A stretch of DNA of 64,000 nucleotides from assembly GCA_965223705.1 (NCBI GenBank), contig OZ245015.1, forward strand, positions 3,744,001-3,808,000, written 5' to 3'. Below the pieces are notes generated by a model that was not told the DNA's origin, made no database searches, and saw only the letters and a program-made list of their open reading frames with translations. Made by a program: the position numbers and the translations under genes. The stretch's first letter is position 1. Every line of letters begins with the position of its first letter. Source of the stretch: Myxococcota bacterium. GTDB taxonomy: Bacteria; Myxococcota_A; UBA9160; UBA6930. Of this stretch, positions 9,393-19,313 are shown piece by piece.

Positions 9393-10112
9393 TCAGCCGG
9401 CTTGAAGTAGTTCGATTTGCCCCTTGGCCTCTTCGGCACGGGGCGAATCCGGATACTCATTGACGACGCGCTCAAAGGCCTTGCGCGCTGCTGTCTTGTA
9501 GCTGGGTCCGAGCTTCAACAACGCTTCCCCTTGCCGATACAGCGCATCCGCCGCTTTGTTTCCCGTCGGATAGCGCCCTGCGACGTCGTCGAATCGCAGG
9601 ATCGCCGTCTTCAGGTCTCCCTGACGGAGGTAGCAGTCCGCCATCCAATACGTCGCATCGTCGGCGTATTCGGAGGACGGGAAAGTTTGCAGGAACCCTC
9701 GGAAGCGGTCAATGCAAGCCTCGTTGTCTTCTCCCCGCCAAGCGCCGTAGGCCTTCCGGTATTCCGTCAGTTCTGTCGCGGTCGCCGAAGAGGGAACCTG
9801 CCCACCGTCGGGAGGTTCCGTCTCCTCGACCTCGGTACGCGTCCGATAGGCGTCTTCGCGGGCGGCGCGCGCTTCTTGCATGGCGTTCTCCGCCGTGTGC
9901 TGGGCGACCTCGACGCGACCCGACAGCTGCTGGACCTCGTTGCGGAGCGCGGCAATCTCAGCCACGAGCTCGGCCTGCCGGGCCCGGGGGTTGCTGCCGA
10001 GGGAAGTCTGTTTGCGGAGCTGATCGACTTCGTACTCGAGCTTGCGTTGCTCGGCCACGGTGGCGCAGCCGGTCGAAAAGGCGACTAGCGCGCACAGGAG
10101 AAAGCTCTTCAT
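9393..10112 (-). CDS. cpoB: Tol-Pal accessory lipoprotein CpoB/YbgF
   Basis: Lipobox STGC, coiled coil, TPR region (FPSSEYADDATYW, YPTGNKAADAL, YPDS); downstream of tolB. Confidence 0.85.
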   Translation of the reverse strand: MKSFLLCALVAFSTGCATVAEQRKLEYEVDQLRKQTSLGSNPRARQAELVAEIAALRNEVQQLSGRVEVAQHTAENAMQEARAAREDAYRTRTEVEETEPPDGGQVPSSATATELTEYRKAYGAWRGEDNEACIDRFRGFLQTFPSSEYADDATYWMADCYLRQGDLKTAILRFDDVAGRYPTGNKAADALYRQGEALLKLGPSYKTAARKAFERVVNEYPDSPRAEEAKGQIELLQAG

Positions 10113-10151
10113 GGTGTAGCTCCTTGTCGCAGATCGGTGCCGTCGGCGCCC

Positions 10152-11504
10152 CTAGCGCCGGTACGGTCCCCACGCCGGGTTGGTGTTCTCGGCTTTTCCC
10201 TCGGTCAACCGAATCAAGTTCTTTCCACTCACATCGACGACGTAGATGTCGGCCGTCCCTCTTCGCGTCGAGCTGAAAGCGAGCTTCCGACTGTCCGGGG
10301 ACCACGCCGGGTATTCGTCACTGCGGGGGTGATCGATGAGCGGATAGTTCGTCGTTCCCTCGGGGTCGATCAGCCACAGATCGAACTGGCTCCGAACGCG
10401 GCTTTCATAAGCGATCCACTGCCCGTCCGGAGACCAGGCCGGGTGGGTGTTGTAGGAACCGTTGTAGGTCAGGCGCCGCTGGCCGCTGCCGTCGGCGTTC
10501 ATGATGTAGATCTGCGGGGCACCGGTCCGGTCGGACACGAACGCGATGCGCTTTCCGTCGGGAGACCAGCTCGGAGCGACATCGATCACGCCGTTGCGCG
10601 TGAGTTGCTTGGCGTCGGCACCGGCGAGCCCCGCGGCAAAGATCTCCGACGAGCCCGCAATGCTCATCGCGAATGCGACGCGCGCTCCTTCGGGGTGGAA
10701 GACCGCCCGGTAGATGGGCCCCTTGTTCGGTACGTCGCGTAGGATGCGTCCGGGACTTTTGCGTCCCCGGGTGAGCAGAAAAACGCGCGGCCGGTTCTTG
10801 TGTCGATAGGACGTGTAGACAATCGAATCGCCCGCGGGCGACCAACCGGGAAAACTGTTGATCGAGCCGTTCTGCGTGACGGCGCGCAGGCTGCCACCGT
10901 CGGCGTCCATCACGAACACTTCCTTCTGACCGCCGCGCGTCGATACGAAGGCGATCTCCGTGTCGGACACACCGGGCTTTCCGGTGAACGCGGCGACGAT
11001 GTCGTCGCCGATCGCGAGTCCGATCCGGCGCAGCTCGGCGGGCGTGCCGGTGTAGCGCTTGCGGAGCATGCGGAGGCAACCGCGCTGCACATCGAGGAGA
11101 CGGAATTCGACGCGAACCCGGTCTTGCTCTTCGTTGATTTCTCCCTGGAGCAGCGCGTCCGCGCCGATTTGCTTCCAGTTCGGGCACACGACAGCGCCTT
11201 GGTCGGCCAGGCGCGCGCTCTGTTGCGAATCGAGGAAAGCCCGGGGGTCGATGTTCGAAAACAACCCCGAAAAAGTGAGGCTCCGCTCGATCGCCGTGTG
11301 GAGTTCGGTCTGCATCGCCGTCGCGGTCCCACCGCCGAGGACGAAACGCTGGATTGCGGCGCGGTAGCTCGACGCGGACGGGTCCTGGACGATGATCGGA
11401 GCCTGAGACTGCGCGGCGGCACGATGGGGAAGCCATACCGTGCCCAAAACCAGCAGAGCGCTTATCGCGAGCAGCGGTAGTCGGCCTATTTGTCGGCTGG
11501 GCAT
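10152..11504 (-). CDS. tolB: Tol-Pal beta-propeller protein TolB
   Basis: PD40 repeats (PSWSPDGKRIAFVSDR), N-terminal TolB domain, signal peptide. Confidence 0.93.
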   Translation of the reverse strand: MPSRQIGRLPLLAISALLVLGTVWLPHRAAAQSQAPIIVQDPSASSYRAAIQRFVLGGGTATAMQTELHTAIERSLTFSGLFSNIDPRAFLDSQQSARLADQGAVVCPNWKQIGADALLQGEINEEQDRVRVEFRLLDVQRGCLRMLRKRYTGTPAELRRIGLAIGDDIVAAFTGKPGVSDTEIAFVSTRGGQKEVFVMDADGGSLRAVTQNGSINSFPGWSPAGDSIVYTSYRHKNRPRVFLLTRGRKSPGRILRDVPNKGPIYRAVFHPEGARVAFAMSIAGSSEIFAAGLAGADAKQLTRNGVIDVAPSWSPDGKRIAFVSDRTGAPQIYIMNADGSGQRRLTYNGSYNTHPAWSPDGQWIAYESRVRSQFDLWLIDPEGTTNYPLIDHPRSDEYPAWSPDSRKLAFSSTRRGTADIYVVDVSGKNLIRLTEGKAENTNPAWGPYRR

Positions 11505-11507
11505 GAC

Positions 11508-12329
11508 TCAGAGGTCCTCCGGTCGGAAAATGAACACCCAATTCCCGGACCGCTCGGGGGCGGGCAACGGATTCGATTTTCGGATGGCGCGTTCGACACT
11601 CTCGTCGTACCAGGGGTTCCCGGAGCGTCGCTTGATATCGATATCGATGACTTCGCCGCCGGCGGCCAGCCGCACGTGCACCTCGGTTTCGAGGAGCTGC
11701 CGCCGGAAGCCGGGCTGCAACACCCAATTGCGGGTCACGTGCTTCTTGGCGCGTCGGCGCCAACCCGCTTCTTCCGGGGAAATCCGCACGCCGACTTCGC
11801 CGCGGCCATCGGGACGGGCGTCTTGCCGGCGATCGACGGCGGGTGACGGCGCCTTCGTCCCCTCTTCCTCGCGGAGTGCGGCCAGCACATCGGAGAGGTC
11901 TTGCTCCGGCTCGGGTTCTTTTCGGGGCGGCGGCTCGGGCTTCGGCTTGGCCTTCTTCGGCTTCGGTTTGGGTTTCGGCTTCTTCGCCTTCTTCGGTGTG
12001 CGTTGAAGTTCCGGCGTCGGCAGGAGCTTCTTTTCCGGCTTGGGCTTGGGCGGGGGAGGCGGGGGCTTCGGCTTGGATGCCGCCGCGGGTGCCTTCGCTT
12101 GGGGTAGGGCCGCGACGAGGTCGACCGTGACCACCGCGGGCAAATGCGTCTTGCTCGGGAAACGGGGACTCCAGTTGAGAAACAGCGCGAGTCCCAGGTG
12201 CGCGGCGAAGGAGAACAGGATGGCCGCGATCGGAAGCGGCGTCTTGACGCGTCCGGTGGCGTGGGGACGGCGCGGAGCATCTTCCGGCGGCGCCGGCTCT
12301 GCCCGGTGGTTTTTGCGTCTCCGTCTCAC
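11508..12329 (-). CDS. tolA: TolA/TonB-family inner-membrane protein
   Basis: Single TM segment, Pro/Lys-rich linker, C-terminal RSGNPWYDESVERAI...PLPAP; between tolR and tolB. Confidence 0.8.
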   Translation of the reverse strand: MRRRRKNHRAEPAPPEDAPRRPHATGRVKTPLPIAAILFSFAAHLGLALFLNWSPRFPSKTHLPAVVTVDLVAALPQAKAPAAASKPKPPPPPPKPKPEKKLLPTPELQRTPKKAKKPKPKPKPKKAKPKPEPPPRKEPEPEQDLSDVLAALREEEGTKAPSPAVDRRQDARPDGRGEVGVRISPEEAGWRRRAKKHVTRNWVLQPGFRRQLLETEVHVRLAAGGEVIDIDIKRRSGNPWYDESVERAIRKSNPLPAPERSGNWVFIFRPEDL

Positions 12330-12730
12330 TCGGGTTCCGTGACGATTCCCAACTGCTTCGCACCGGCCTGGCGGGCAGCGGCCATCGCCTTCACGACGAC
12401 GCCGTAAGGCACTTCCTTATCCGCTCGCAGGAAGACCTGTTTGTCGTCGAGTCCTTCGAGAATGGCGCGCAGTTTGGCCTCGATTTCGGGCAGCGGCGTC
12501 GGCGTCTCCGCGATCCGGGCCGTCCCGTCCTTGAAGACCGTGAGGACGAGCGTCTCGTCCTGCAACCGGAGTGGCTGCGTCGTCGTCTCCGGCAGATCGA
12601 CGTCGAGCCCCTGCTGCATCATCGGTGCGGTGACCATGAAGATGATCAGGAGGACGAGCATCACGTCGACGAAGGGCGTGACGTTGATCTCCGAGAGCGC
12701 CGCATGCTCGCGATTGAGCCGAACCGCCAC
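12326..12730 (-). CDS. tolR: TolR/ExbD
   Basis: SEINVTPFVDVMLVLLIIFMVTAP, LRADKEVPYG. Confidence 0.93.
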   Translation of the reverse strand: MAVRLNREHAALSEINVTPFVDVMLVLLIIFMVTAPMMQQGLDVDLPETTTQPLRLQDETLVLTVFKDGTARIAETPTPLPEIEAKLRAILEGLDDKQVFLRADKEVPYGVVVKAMAAARQAGAKQLGIVTEPE

Positions 12731-12733
12731 GGG

Positions 12734-13441
12734 CTATCGCCTCGCTGCCTGACGTTCGCTCGGGGCGAACCCCAGAGGTCGCGCGAGGTCTCCCTCGAGC
12801 TCGTTCGCGTAGATCTCGATGGCACCGTGAACGCCCCGCAAGCGACCGACGAAGCCGTTGTAAAAGATCGTCGCCGGAATGGCGGCGAACAGACCGAGCG
12901 CCGTAGCGATGAGCGCCTCCGCGATACCCGGCGCCACGACGGCCAAGCTCGCGCTACCCGACGCGCCGATTCCGGTGAACGCGTTGATGATGCCGACGAC
13001 CGTCCCGAACAAACCGATGAACGGCGTCGCGCTACCGGTCGTCGCGAGGAACGTCAGGCGACTCTCGAGTCGACGCGCTTCCTCCTGGGCATTCCACAGG
13101 ATGTGCTTGCTCAAACGGTGGCGTTGATCGACGTCGAGGCCGTTGCCGGCGCCGGCCTGTGCGTATTTCGCGATGCGGGTTCGTTCGCGGTACGCCGCCA
13201 GGAAGATCTTCGCCAACGGACTGCGCCGCAGCTCGCGCGCGGCCTCGTACGCGGCGTCGCTCGACCCCTCGTGATAGATCTCGAGGAACAAGTCACTGTC
13301 GCGTTCCGCCGACTTGAGTTCGCGGGATTTCACGAAGATCACCGCCCAAGAGACGATCGAGAACACGGCCAGGAGGGCCATGACGCCCTGAACCAGCCAC
13401 GACGCTTCCCAGATCAAGGAGAGCGGGTCCATGCTCGCCAT
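12734..13441 (-). CDS. tolQ: TolQ/ExbB proton channel
   Basis: FLATTGSATPFIGLFGTVVGI, VAPGIAEALIATALGLFAAIPA; start uncertain (13441 or 13432). Confidence 0.93.
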   Translation of the reverse strand: MASMDPLSLIWEASWLVQGVMALLAVFSIVSWAVIFVKSRELKSAERDSDLFLEIYHEGSSDAAYEAARELRRSPLAKIFLAAYRERTRIAKYAQAGAGNGLDVDQRHRLSKHILWNAQEEARRLESRLTFLATTGSATPFIGLFGTVVGIINAFTGIGASGSASLAVVAPGIAEALIATALGLFAAIPATIFYNGFVGRLRGVHGAIEIYANELEGDLARPLGFAPSERQAARR

Positions 13442-13651
13442 GCGGGTCGACCCGAGCGGTGCCAGGGCCGCCAGAGACAAAGCATCGACCGCTTCTGCGA
13501 GACCGTTAGAGTCCCCCGCGATCGAGCCGATACTAGGGAAGGCCGAACCGGGCCCGAGAACGGCCAAGCGTGCCATCATGAGTGTCAGAGCCCCCATCAT
13601 CCGAGTCGTGGAATTAGCAACCGTTTGTAGGTCAGGCAAAAGGAGAAACAG

Positions 13652-15172
13652 ATGCAGGTTTCCGTCGCACGACGCTCTGCGAGTGTTCAATCGGTGGGGC
13701 TCTTCGCCGTACCCGCCACGCAACTTGACTCGAAGAAGTGGAAGGTGCCGACAACTTGGAGCGCGCTCAACCGCTGGGCTGGCGGGAACCTCGCTGAGAT
13801 CGTGGCGACGGGTGATTTTCAAGGCAAGCGAGGGGAAACACTCCTGATCTACGGTCGAGGAAAAGGAGCGCCGGATCGCATCCTCTTGATCGGCCTCGGC
13901 GAGGAAGAAAAGGCCGACGAAACCGCCCTGCGAGAGGCCGCGCAAACCGCCTCTGCCGAGGCGACGCGCCGAGAGTCGGGTTCGCTGTCTCTATGGCTTC
14001 CCTCCGCCCGCAAATTGCGTTCGGCAGGGGCCCTCCAGGCTGCGGCAGAAGGCCTCTCTTTGGGTGTCTATCACTACGATCACTATAAGTCGGCAACGCC
14101 GAAGAAAAGCCCGCGGAGAGCGACGATCCTGGTGGACAACGCCGTGACAAGCGAGGCGCGTGCGAGTGTCGGGGCGGGCGTCACGATCGCCGAGTCGCAG
14201 AACCTGGCGCGCGATCTGTCGAACCAACCGCCTTGCGATTTGAACCCCGTCGCCCTCGCGAAGGAAGCGCGCCGCGTCGCCCGGGAAGTGGGGCTGCGCT
14301 GTCAGATCCTGGAACCCGCCGCCCTTCGCAAGCTCAAGATGGGCGCCATGCTCGCGGTCGCCCAAGGAAGCGCGAATCCGCCGCGGCTCATCGTGCTCGA
14401 GCACAATGCGCCGGCCCGCGGAAAACGCACACGTCGCCCGACCCTGTGTTTGGTCGGCAAGGGGGTCACCTTCGACTCTGGCGGCCTCTCGCTCAAACCC
14501 AGCCCCAGCATGGTGACGATGAAGCACGACATGTCGGGCGGGGCGACGGTGATCGGCGCTCTCCGCGCGTGCGCGAAGCTCAAGCTCCCGATCCACGTCG
14601 TCGGCGTGGTGGGTGCCGTCGAAAACATGCCGTCGGGCACGGCCTATCGACCCGACGACGTGCTGACGTCGGCTTCCGGTCAGACCATCGAAATCGGCAA
14701 TACCGACGCCGAGGGACGCCTGGTCCTCGCCGACGCCCTTCACTACGCGCGCACGCGGTGGAAGCCCGCGGCCATGATCGACGTCGCGACGCTCACCGGC
14801 GCCATCGTGATCGCGCTCGGGAACCACTGCGCCGGCATCATGTCGAACGACGACGGCTTGGCGGAGGCGATCCGGGAAGCGGGCGAAGCGACCGGGGAGC
14901 GCTTCTGGCAGCTCCCGCTTTGGGACGTCCACCGCAAACACATGAAGAGTCACATCGCGGACGTGCGCCAGGTCGGAGGCCGGGAGGCGAGCAGTATCAC
15001 AGCGGCGGCCTTCCTTTCGCACTTCGTCGGCGAAACGCCTTGGGCTCACCTCGATATCGCGGGAACCGCGAACACCGAGCGGGTGTCGGCAGGGCAACCG
15101 AAAGGCGCGACGGGGTTCGGGGTGCGCGCCCTCGTCGAGTTGGCGCGCAACTTCCGCGACCTCTCGCTCTAG
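13652..15172 (+). CDS. pepA: Leucyl aminopeptidase (M17)
   Basis: VGKGVTFDSGG, MKHDMSGG, NTDAEGRLVLAD, DVATLTGA, WAHLDIAG; AGGAG RBS. Confidence 0.96.
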   Translation: MQVSVARRSASVQSVGLFAVPATQLDSKKWKVPTTWSALNRWAGGNLAEIVATGDFQGKRGETLLIYGRGKGAPDRILLIGLGEEEKADETALREAAQTASAEATRRESGSLSLWLPSARKLRSAGALQAAAEGLSLGVYHYDHYKSATPKKSPRRATILVDNAVTSEARASVGAGVTIAESQNLARDLSNQPPCDLNPVALAKEARRVAREVGLRCQILEPAALRKLKMGAMLAVAQGSANPPRLIVLEHNAPARGKRTRRPTLCLVGKGVTFDSGGLSLKPSPSMVTMKHDMSGGATVIGALRACAKLKLPIHVVGVVGAVENMPSGTAYRPDDVLTSASGQTIEIGNTDAEGRLVLADALHYARTRWKPAAMIDVATLTGAIVIALGNHCAGIMSNDDGLAEAIREAGEATGERFWQLPLWDVHRKHMKSHIADVRQVGGREASSITAAAFLSHFVGETPWAHLDIAGTANTERVSAGQPKGATGFGVRALVELARNFRDLSL

Positions 15173-15196
15173 CCTCCGCCGGGGTACCCTTCACGC

Positions 15197-16231
15197 GTGA
15201 GCAAGAAGCGAACGCCAGAAGAACCGACGACACCCACCGCCGACGGTGAAGCCGTCGAAGATGACGATGTGCTCGAAGCCGAGGTCCTCGACGCGTACGA
15301 GGAAACCGACGACGAGCCCGTCGTGCTGCCGGCGGTCTCCGACGGCGCTGAAGTGGGGGAGCGTCTCCCGGCTCCGTCCGATGCGCTCAGTCAGTACATG
15401 GCGGCGCTCTCCGCCCACGAGCCGATCTCGCGAGAAGAGGAACACGCGCTCGCGGTGCGCTGGGTCGAAGAAGGTGACCGCGAAGCCGCACGCCAGTTGG
15501 TGCTTTCGAACCTCCGACTCGTCGTGAAGATCGCCATGGAGTACCGGCGTTCGTGGACGCAAGTCCTCGATCTCATCCAGGAAGGGAACCTGGGGTTGGT
15601 TCAGGCGGTGCAGCGCTTCGATCCCTATCAAGGGACGAAGCTCTCGTCTTACGCGGTGTACTGGATTCGCGCGTTCATCCTCAAGCACTTGATCGACAAC
15701 ATTCGAATGGTGCGGATGGGCAGCTCTCGCGCGGAGCGCAAATTGTTTTTCCGTCTCAACAAAGAAAAACGTCAACTCGAACGCGAGGGCTTCAAGGTCG
15801 AACCCAAGCTCCTGGCCGAGCGATTGGACGTCACCGAAGACGATGTGGTCTCCATGGAGCAGCGTCTCAGCGAAGGAGAAGTCTCCTTCGACGCTCCGGT
15901 GTCCGCGCGTGGAGACGGAGAAGGCGCCGTAGTCGGCGACTTCGTCGCATCGAGTGCAACGGGGGCCGAGGAACACGTCGCCGACGAGCAACTTCGCGAG
16001 ACGTTCATGAAACACGTGCGCGAGTTCGCCGAGGAACTCGAGCCCCGCGAGCGCGCGATCATCGATCGGCGGGTGCTAGCGGACGAACCGGCGACGCTCC
16101 AGGAGCTAGGAACCGAGTTCGGCGTATCCCGCGAGCGGGTTCGCCAACTCGAACGACGCGTCGTCGACGCGCTGCGAGACTATCTGCGGGAGAACGTCGT
16201 CGACTTCGAGTACTACGCCGAAGAGGACTGA
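15197..16231 (+). CDS. rpoH: RNA polymerase sigma factor, RpoH/sigma32 family
   Basis: SNLRLVVKIA, DLIQEGNLGL, YAVYWIRAFI, RpoH box ERKLFFRL, TLQELG...VSRERVRQLE. Confidence 0.9.
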   Translation: MSKKRTPEEPTTPTADGEAVEDDDVLEAEVLDAYEETDDEPVVLPAVSDGAEVGERLPAPSDALSQYMAALSAHEPISREEEHALAVRWVEEGDREAARQLVLSNLRLVVKIAMEYRRSWTQVLDLIQEGNLGLVQAVQRFDPYQGTKLSSYAVYWIRAFILKHLIDNIRMVRMGSSRAERKLFFRLNKEKRQLEREGFKVEPKLLAERLDVTEDDVVSMEQRLSEGEVSFDAPVSARGDGEGAVVGDFVASSATGAEEHVADEQLRETFMKHVREFAEELEPRERAIIDRRVLADEPATLQELGTEFGVSRERVRQLERRVVDALRDYLRENVVDFEYYAEED

Positions 16232-16584
16232 TCGGCCGAAACCGCGGCTCGGGCCCGAGCGATCCGGTCGCGTAGAACCGCAAGGGCATGGCGTATGCCG
16301 GGCCAACGGCTCGCTTCGACGCGCCGAAGTCTTCGGCGACGCGCGCTTCGCTCCGAGGCCGAGAATGAGGCCAGCGGGCGCGATCGGAGCACGCCCCCCC
16401 ATTCGATCCAGCACAGCAAGAGCCACGTGCGCCGCGCCGCGGAGACGCCGGCGTGGCGCAACTCCCGCTCGAAGGCAGCCGCGAAATCGGCTTCGAGAAA
16501 CTCGCCGTCTTCCATTCCGGCGTCGACGATGTTGTAGAGCGTCCGAGCCGATTTTGCGGATAGAGGACGGCTTAAGAAATCCAT
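16213..16584 (-). CDS. Hypothetical protein
   Basis: ORF divergent from the FHA gene; helical LLLCWIEWG...FSASERSARRRRLRRVEASRW pattern; overlaps rpoH end by 19 nt. Confidence 0.5.
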   Translation of the reverse strand: MDFLSRPLSAKSARTLYNIVDAGMEDGEFLEADFAAAFERELRHAGVSAARRTWLLLCWIEWGGVLRSRPLASFSASERSARRRRLRRVEASRWPGIRHALAVLRDRIARARAAVSADQSSSA

Positions 16585-16631
16585 CGGCAGCGGAAGATAC
16601 CCAGGGGACGACCCATGGGGATCCCCGCCGG

Positions 16632-16657
16632 TCAAGAGCGCCCCGAACTCTGCCGAA
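16632..16657 (+). promoter_or_regulatory. sigma28-like promoter before the FHA gene
   Basis: TCAAG-N15-GCCGAA with ATG 9 nt downstream. Confidence 0.6.
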
Positions 16658-16666
16658 CGGTCAAAC

Positions 16667-17353
16667 ATGGGTTCACCCCGCGTCATGCTCTTCGCTCCGC
16701 CCCTGGCGCCGCTCGCGCTCGAGCCGGCAGGTGAAGTGATTCTGGGGCGCAGCACGGACTGCGACCTCCCCGTCCACTCGTCCGAGGCGTCGCGCCACCA
16801 CGCGGCGGTTCGCTTTCACGACGGTTGCTATCGCATTCGTGACTTGGGCAGTACGAACGGCACGACGTTGAACGGACGCCCCCTCGAAGGCGAAGTCGAA
16901 CTCGAGCCCGGCGATCGGATCGGCGTCGGTGGCGCGGCGATCCGCTACTGCCAGGTCGACGACGCGGTGGCGAACATGCTCCCGAGCCCCGGCGAGGAGG
17001 CGAAGACCATCTTGGCGGAGGTCGCGCCCGTCTCGGCCGTCGATCGCGTCCACGGCGACCTGCGAGCGGTACCGGCGTTCGCTTTGGTGCAAATGCTCGA
17101 GCTCGGAGCCAGGTCGGGCACGCTCATCATCCGCGAGAGCGACCGGCCGGGACAGCTGTGGATCGAAGACGGTCGCCCCGTGCACGCGGAAACCGCGACC
17201 AAGGATGGTTTCGAAGCGGCGATCGATCTCGTCAGTGCGTCGGAGGGTGCATTCGAATTCGGGCCGGGCGACCCCGCGCCCGATCGATCCGTCGAAGCGA
17301 GCTTGACGGAGCTCGTGCTCGAAGCGTCTTGCCGCCTCGACCGCTCGTCTTAA
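16667..17353 (+). CDS. FHA domain + DUF4388 (PatA-N-like) protein
   Basis: LGRS..CD, ASRHHA, DLGSTNGT; C-terminal GDL..VPAFALVQML...SGTL...GRPVHA...GAFEF. Confidence 0.85.
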   Translation: MGSPRVMLFAPPLAPLALEPAGEVILGRSTDCDLPVHSSEASRHHAAVRFHDGCYRIRDLGSTNGTTLNGRPLEGEVELEPGDRIGVGGAAIRYCQVDDAVANMLPSPGEEAKTILAEVAPVSAVDRVHGDLRAVPAFALVQMLELGARSGTLIIRESDRPGQLWIEDGRPVHAETATKDGFEAAIDLVSASEGAFEFGPGDPAPDRSVEASLTELVLEASCRLDRSS

Positions 17354-17369
17354 GCGACGCGTTCTCTTC

Positions 17370-18716
17370 CTAGCTCTGGTCGTCGGTGACGGAAGGCGAC
17401 GCCGGTTTCGCCGTCTCTTCCTCGTTGGGCGTTTCTTCTTCGGGTTCTACCGCCGCAGGGCGCGTCGGCGGGAACTCGTCCAGGATCTCTTTCTGGATCG
17501 CGCGCTCGAGGCCTTCGGTATCGATGTCGAGCACGCTCGACAGCGCATCGTCGATGCTCAGCCCATCGCCCAAGGCATCGAGGATATAGCCACGTATTTC
17601 GCTGGTGGTGTGCCGCTCGAGCCACGCGGCGGTCGCGGTCGATTCCAAGTACGCGAGGCGCGCTTGCTCGTTGTCGAGACCGGAGAAACTTTGCGACAAG
17701 CGCTTGAGCGGGATCCACTGACCGACTTCGATCTTCCGTCGAAGTAGTGTTTTCTCACTGCGCGACAACGCGGGAAGTCCTCGCGACGCGCGTTCCGCGT
17801 GCTCCGCAAGACCTTCGTTGAGCCAGAACGGACGATGTCCACCGGTGCGCTCCTGAAAGAGCGCGTGCGTGTACTCGTGGAACAGGAGCGTTCTGAGCTC
17901 ACCCGCCGGATGAGCGGCCGAGACGACGTGAATCCGTCCGTCGTAGAACCCGACGGTCTGGAAGGAGAAGCGATGTGCGTGGGCGCGCATGTAAGCGGCC
18001 TTGCCGTACAGGACGACCCCGGTGGCTTCTTCGGGGAACACCCCGAGGTTTGCGCCGATCTCGCCGCGCGCGTCTTCCAGGTACTTGAGGACGCGGTCCG
18101 CGAAGTCGGGTGCGTGTTCTTGCAGTGCGCGATCCATCTGAACCCGGAAATGACCGCTTTCGAAACCGACGAGAGACAGCGCCCCCTCCGGCGGGCGGAG
18201 GAGCTCGCGCTCGTCTTCGATTTGCTTGAGTCGGCGCTCCGCGGACGCACGCCATGTCGCGAGATCGTCGCCGGCCGTCGCGAGGAAGCGTCGCAGGTGT
18301 TCTTCCGATCGGTCGAGCCGTCCGCGTTGCCCGTTGAGGAGCGCCAGGTACCAGTGCGCCTCGGGGCGATTCGGATCCCGCTCGAGGACTTCTTCCAAAG
18401 CGACAGACGCGCGCGCCGTTTCACCCCGCCCGAGGTCATCGACGGCGCCGCGCAAGATTCGGTAGGTCCGATCGTCGGAGCTGCTCGTCGAGCCGCGCGG
18501 CGTGAGAAGCGGCGTGCCAGCGGGGTCTCCTCCCCACAGCGCTAGAACTTCTCCAGGTGCGATGTGCCGCGACTCGGATCGTGGGTTCGCTTCTTCGTTG
18601 GTGAGGTGAGGGTGGCCGTCGTCATCGACCCAAACCTCGATTTTCGCCGGCCAGAACACCCCGGCGAGGACGACCACCACGAAGGCCAACAAGCTGAATC
18701 CGGCGACGCGTTTCAC
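17370..18716 (-). CDS. Exported zinc metallopeptidase (MA-like/gluzincin) with DUF4124-like and TPR regions
   Basis: HEYTH followed by PFWLNEGLAE; WVDDDGHPHLTN; TPR; signal peptide from GTG 18716 (ORF track starts at 18743). Confidence 0.8.
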   Translation of the reverse strand: MKRVAGFSLLAFVVVVLAGVFWPAKIEVWVDDDGHPHLTNEEANPRSESRHIAPGEVLALWGGDPAGTPLLTPRGSTSSSDDRTYRILRGAVDDLGRGETARASVALEEVLERDPNRPEAHWYLALLNGQRGRLDRSEEHLRRFLATAGDDLATWRASAERRLKQIEDERELLRPPEGALSLVGFESGHFRVQMDRALQEHAPDFADRVLKYLEDARGEIGANLGVFPEEATGVVLYGKAAYMRAHAHRFSFQTVGFYDGRIHVVSAAHPAGELRTLLFHEYTHALFQERTGGHRPFWLNEGLAEHAERASRGLPALSRSEKTLLRRKIEVGQWIPLKRLSQSFSGLDNEQARLAYLESTATAAWLERHTTSEIRGYILDALGDGLSIDDALSSVLDIDTEGLERAIQKEILDEFPPTRPAAVEPEEETPNEEETAKPASPSVTDDQS

Positions 18717-18776
18717 GCGGGGTTCATCGGCAGAACCCCGCATGGGCCGTAGCCCGTGAAGAGGGCTTTCCTCGGC

Positions 18777-19286
18777 CTAGGAGGCCTTGTGCGCCTCTCC
18801 CACGAGGTGAGGTAGCTCCGGGAGGATGAGCTTTTCCATCGCCAGCCGAATCGCGCCTCGCGAGCCCGGGACCGCGAAGACGACCCGGCCGTCCCGAAGG
18901 CCCGCAAGCGCTCGGGAAAGCAGCGCAGCCGAGCCGATTTCCTCGTAGGACAGTGCGCGGAAGAGCTCGCCGAACCCCGGGACCTCCCTTTGCAGGAGCG
19001 GCGCGAGCGCTTCGGGTGTCACGTCCCGCGGCGCCACCCCGGTCCCGCCAGTGACGATGAGGGCGCCCACCGAGGCGTCGCCCAACGCGTCCAGCGCGGC
19101 CCGCCGGATCGCCTCGGCGTCGTCCGGAACCAGGGCTCGGCCCGCCAGGGGGTGTCCGGCTTGCGTGAGCAGCGCGACGACGAGATCTCCGCCGGTGTCG
19201 GTTTCGAGGGTGCGTGAGTCACTCACGGTCAGCACGGCGGTCGCTATCGCTCCCGGCCCGGCCGCGCGATGTTCGTCGATGCTCAC
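18777..19286 (-). CDS. moaB: Molybdopterin adenylyltransferase MoaB/MogA
   Basis: [38 protein letters not shown]. Confidence 0.92.
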   Translation of the reverse strand: MSIDEHRAAGPGAIATAVLTVSDSRTLETDTGGDLVVALLTQAGHPLAGRALVPDDAEAIRRAALDALGDASVGALIVTGGTGVAPRDVTPEALAPLLQREVPGFGELFRALSYEEIGSAALLSRALAGLRDGRVVFAVPGSRGAIRLAMEKLILPELPHLVGEAHKAS

Positions 19287-19313
19287 GCGGGAGCCTGCGA
19301 CGGTCGCTCGGAG

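Noticed and set aside
11900..12100. Short ggcttc/ggcttg repeats
   Set aside because: They encode the Pro-Lys-rich TolA linker; not a CRISPR or non-coding repeat.
13610..13635. TTGCT as a possible sigma54 -12 box upstream of tolQ
   Set aside because: No GG at the -24 position.
13442..13945. Long N-terminal extension of tolQ in the ORF track
   Set aside because: Overlaps the divergent pepA gene and promoter region; TolQ similarity begins near 13441.
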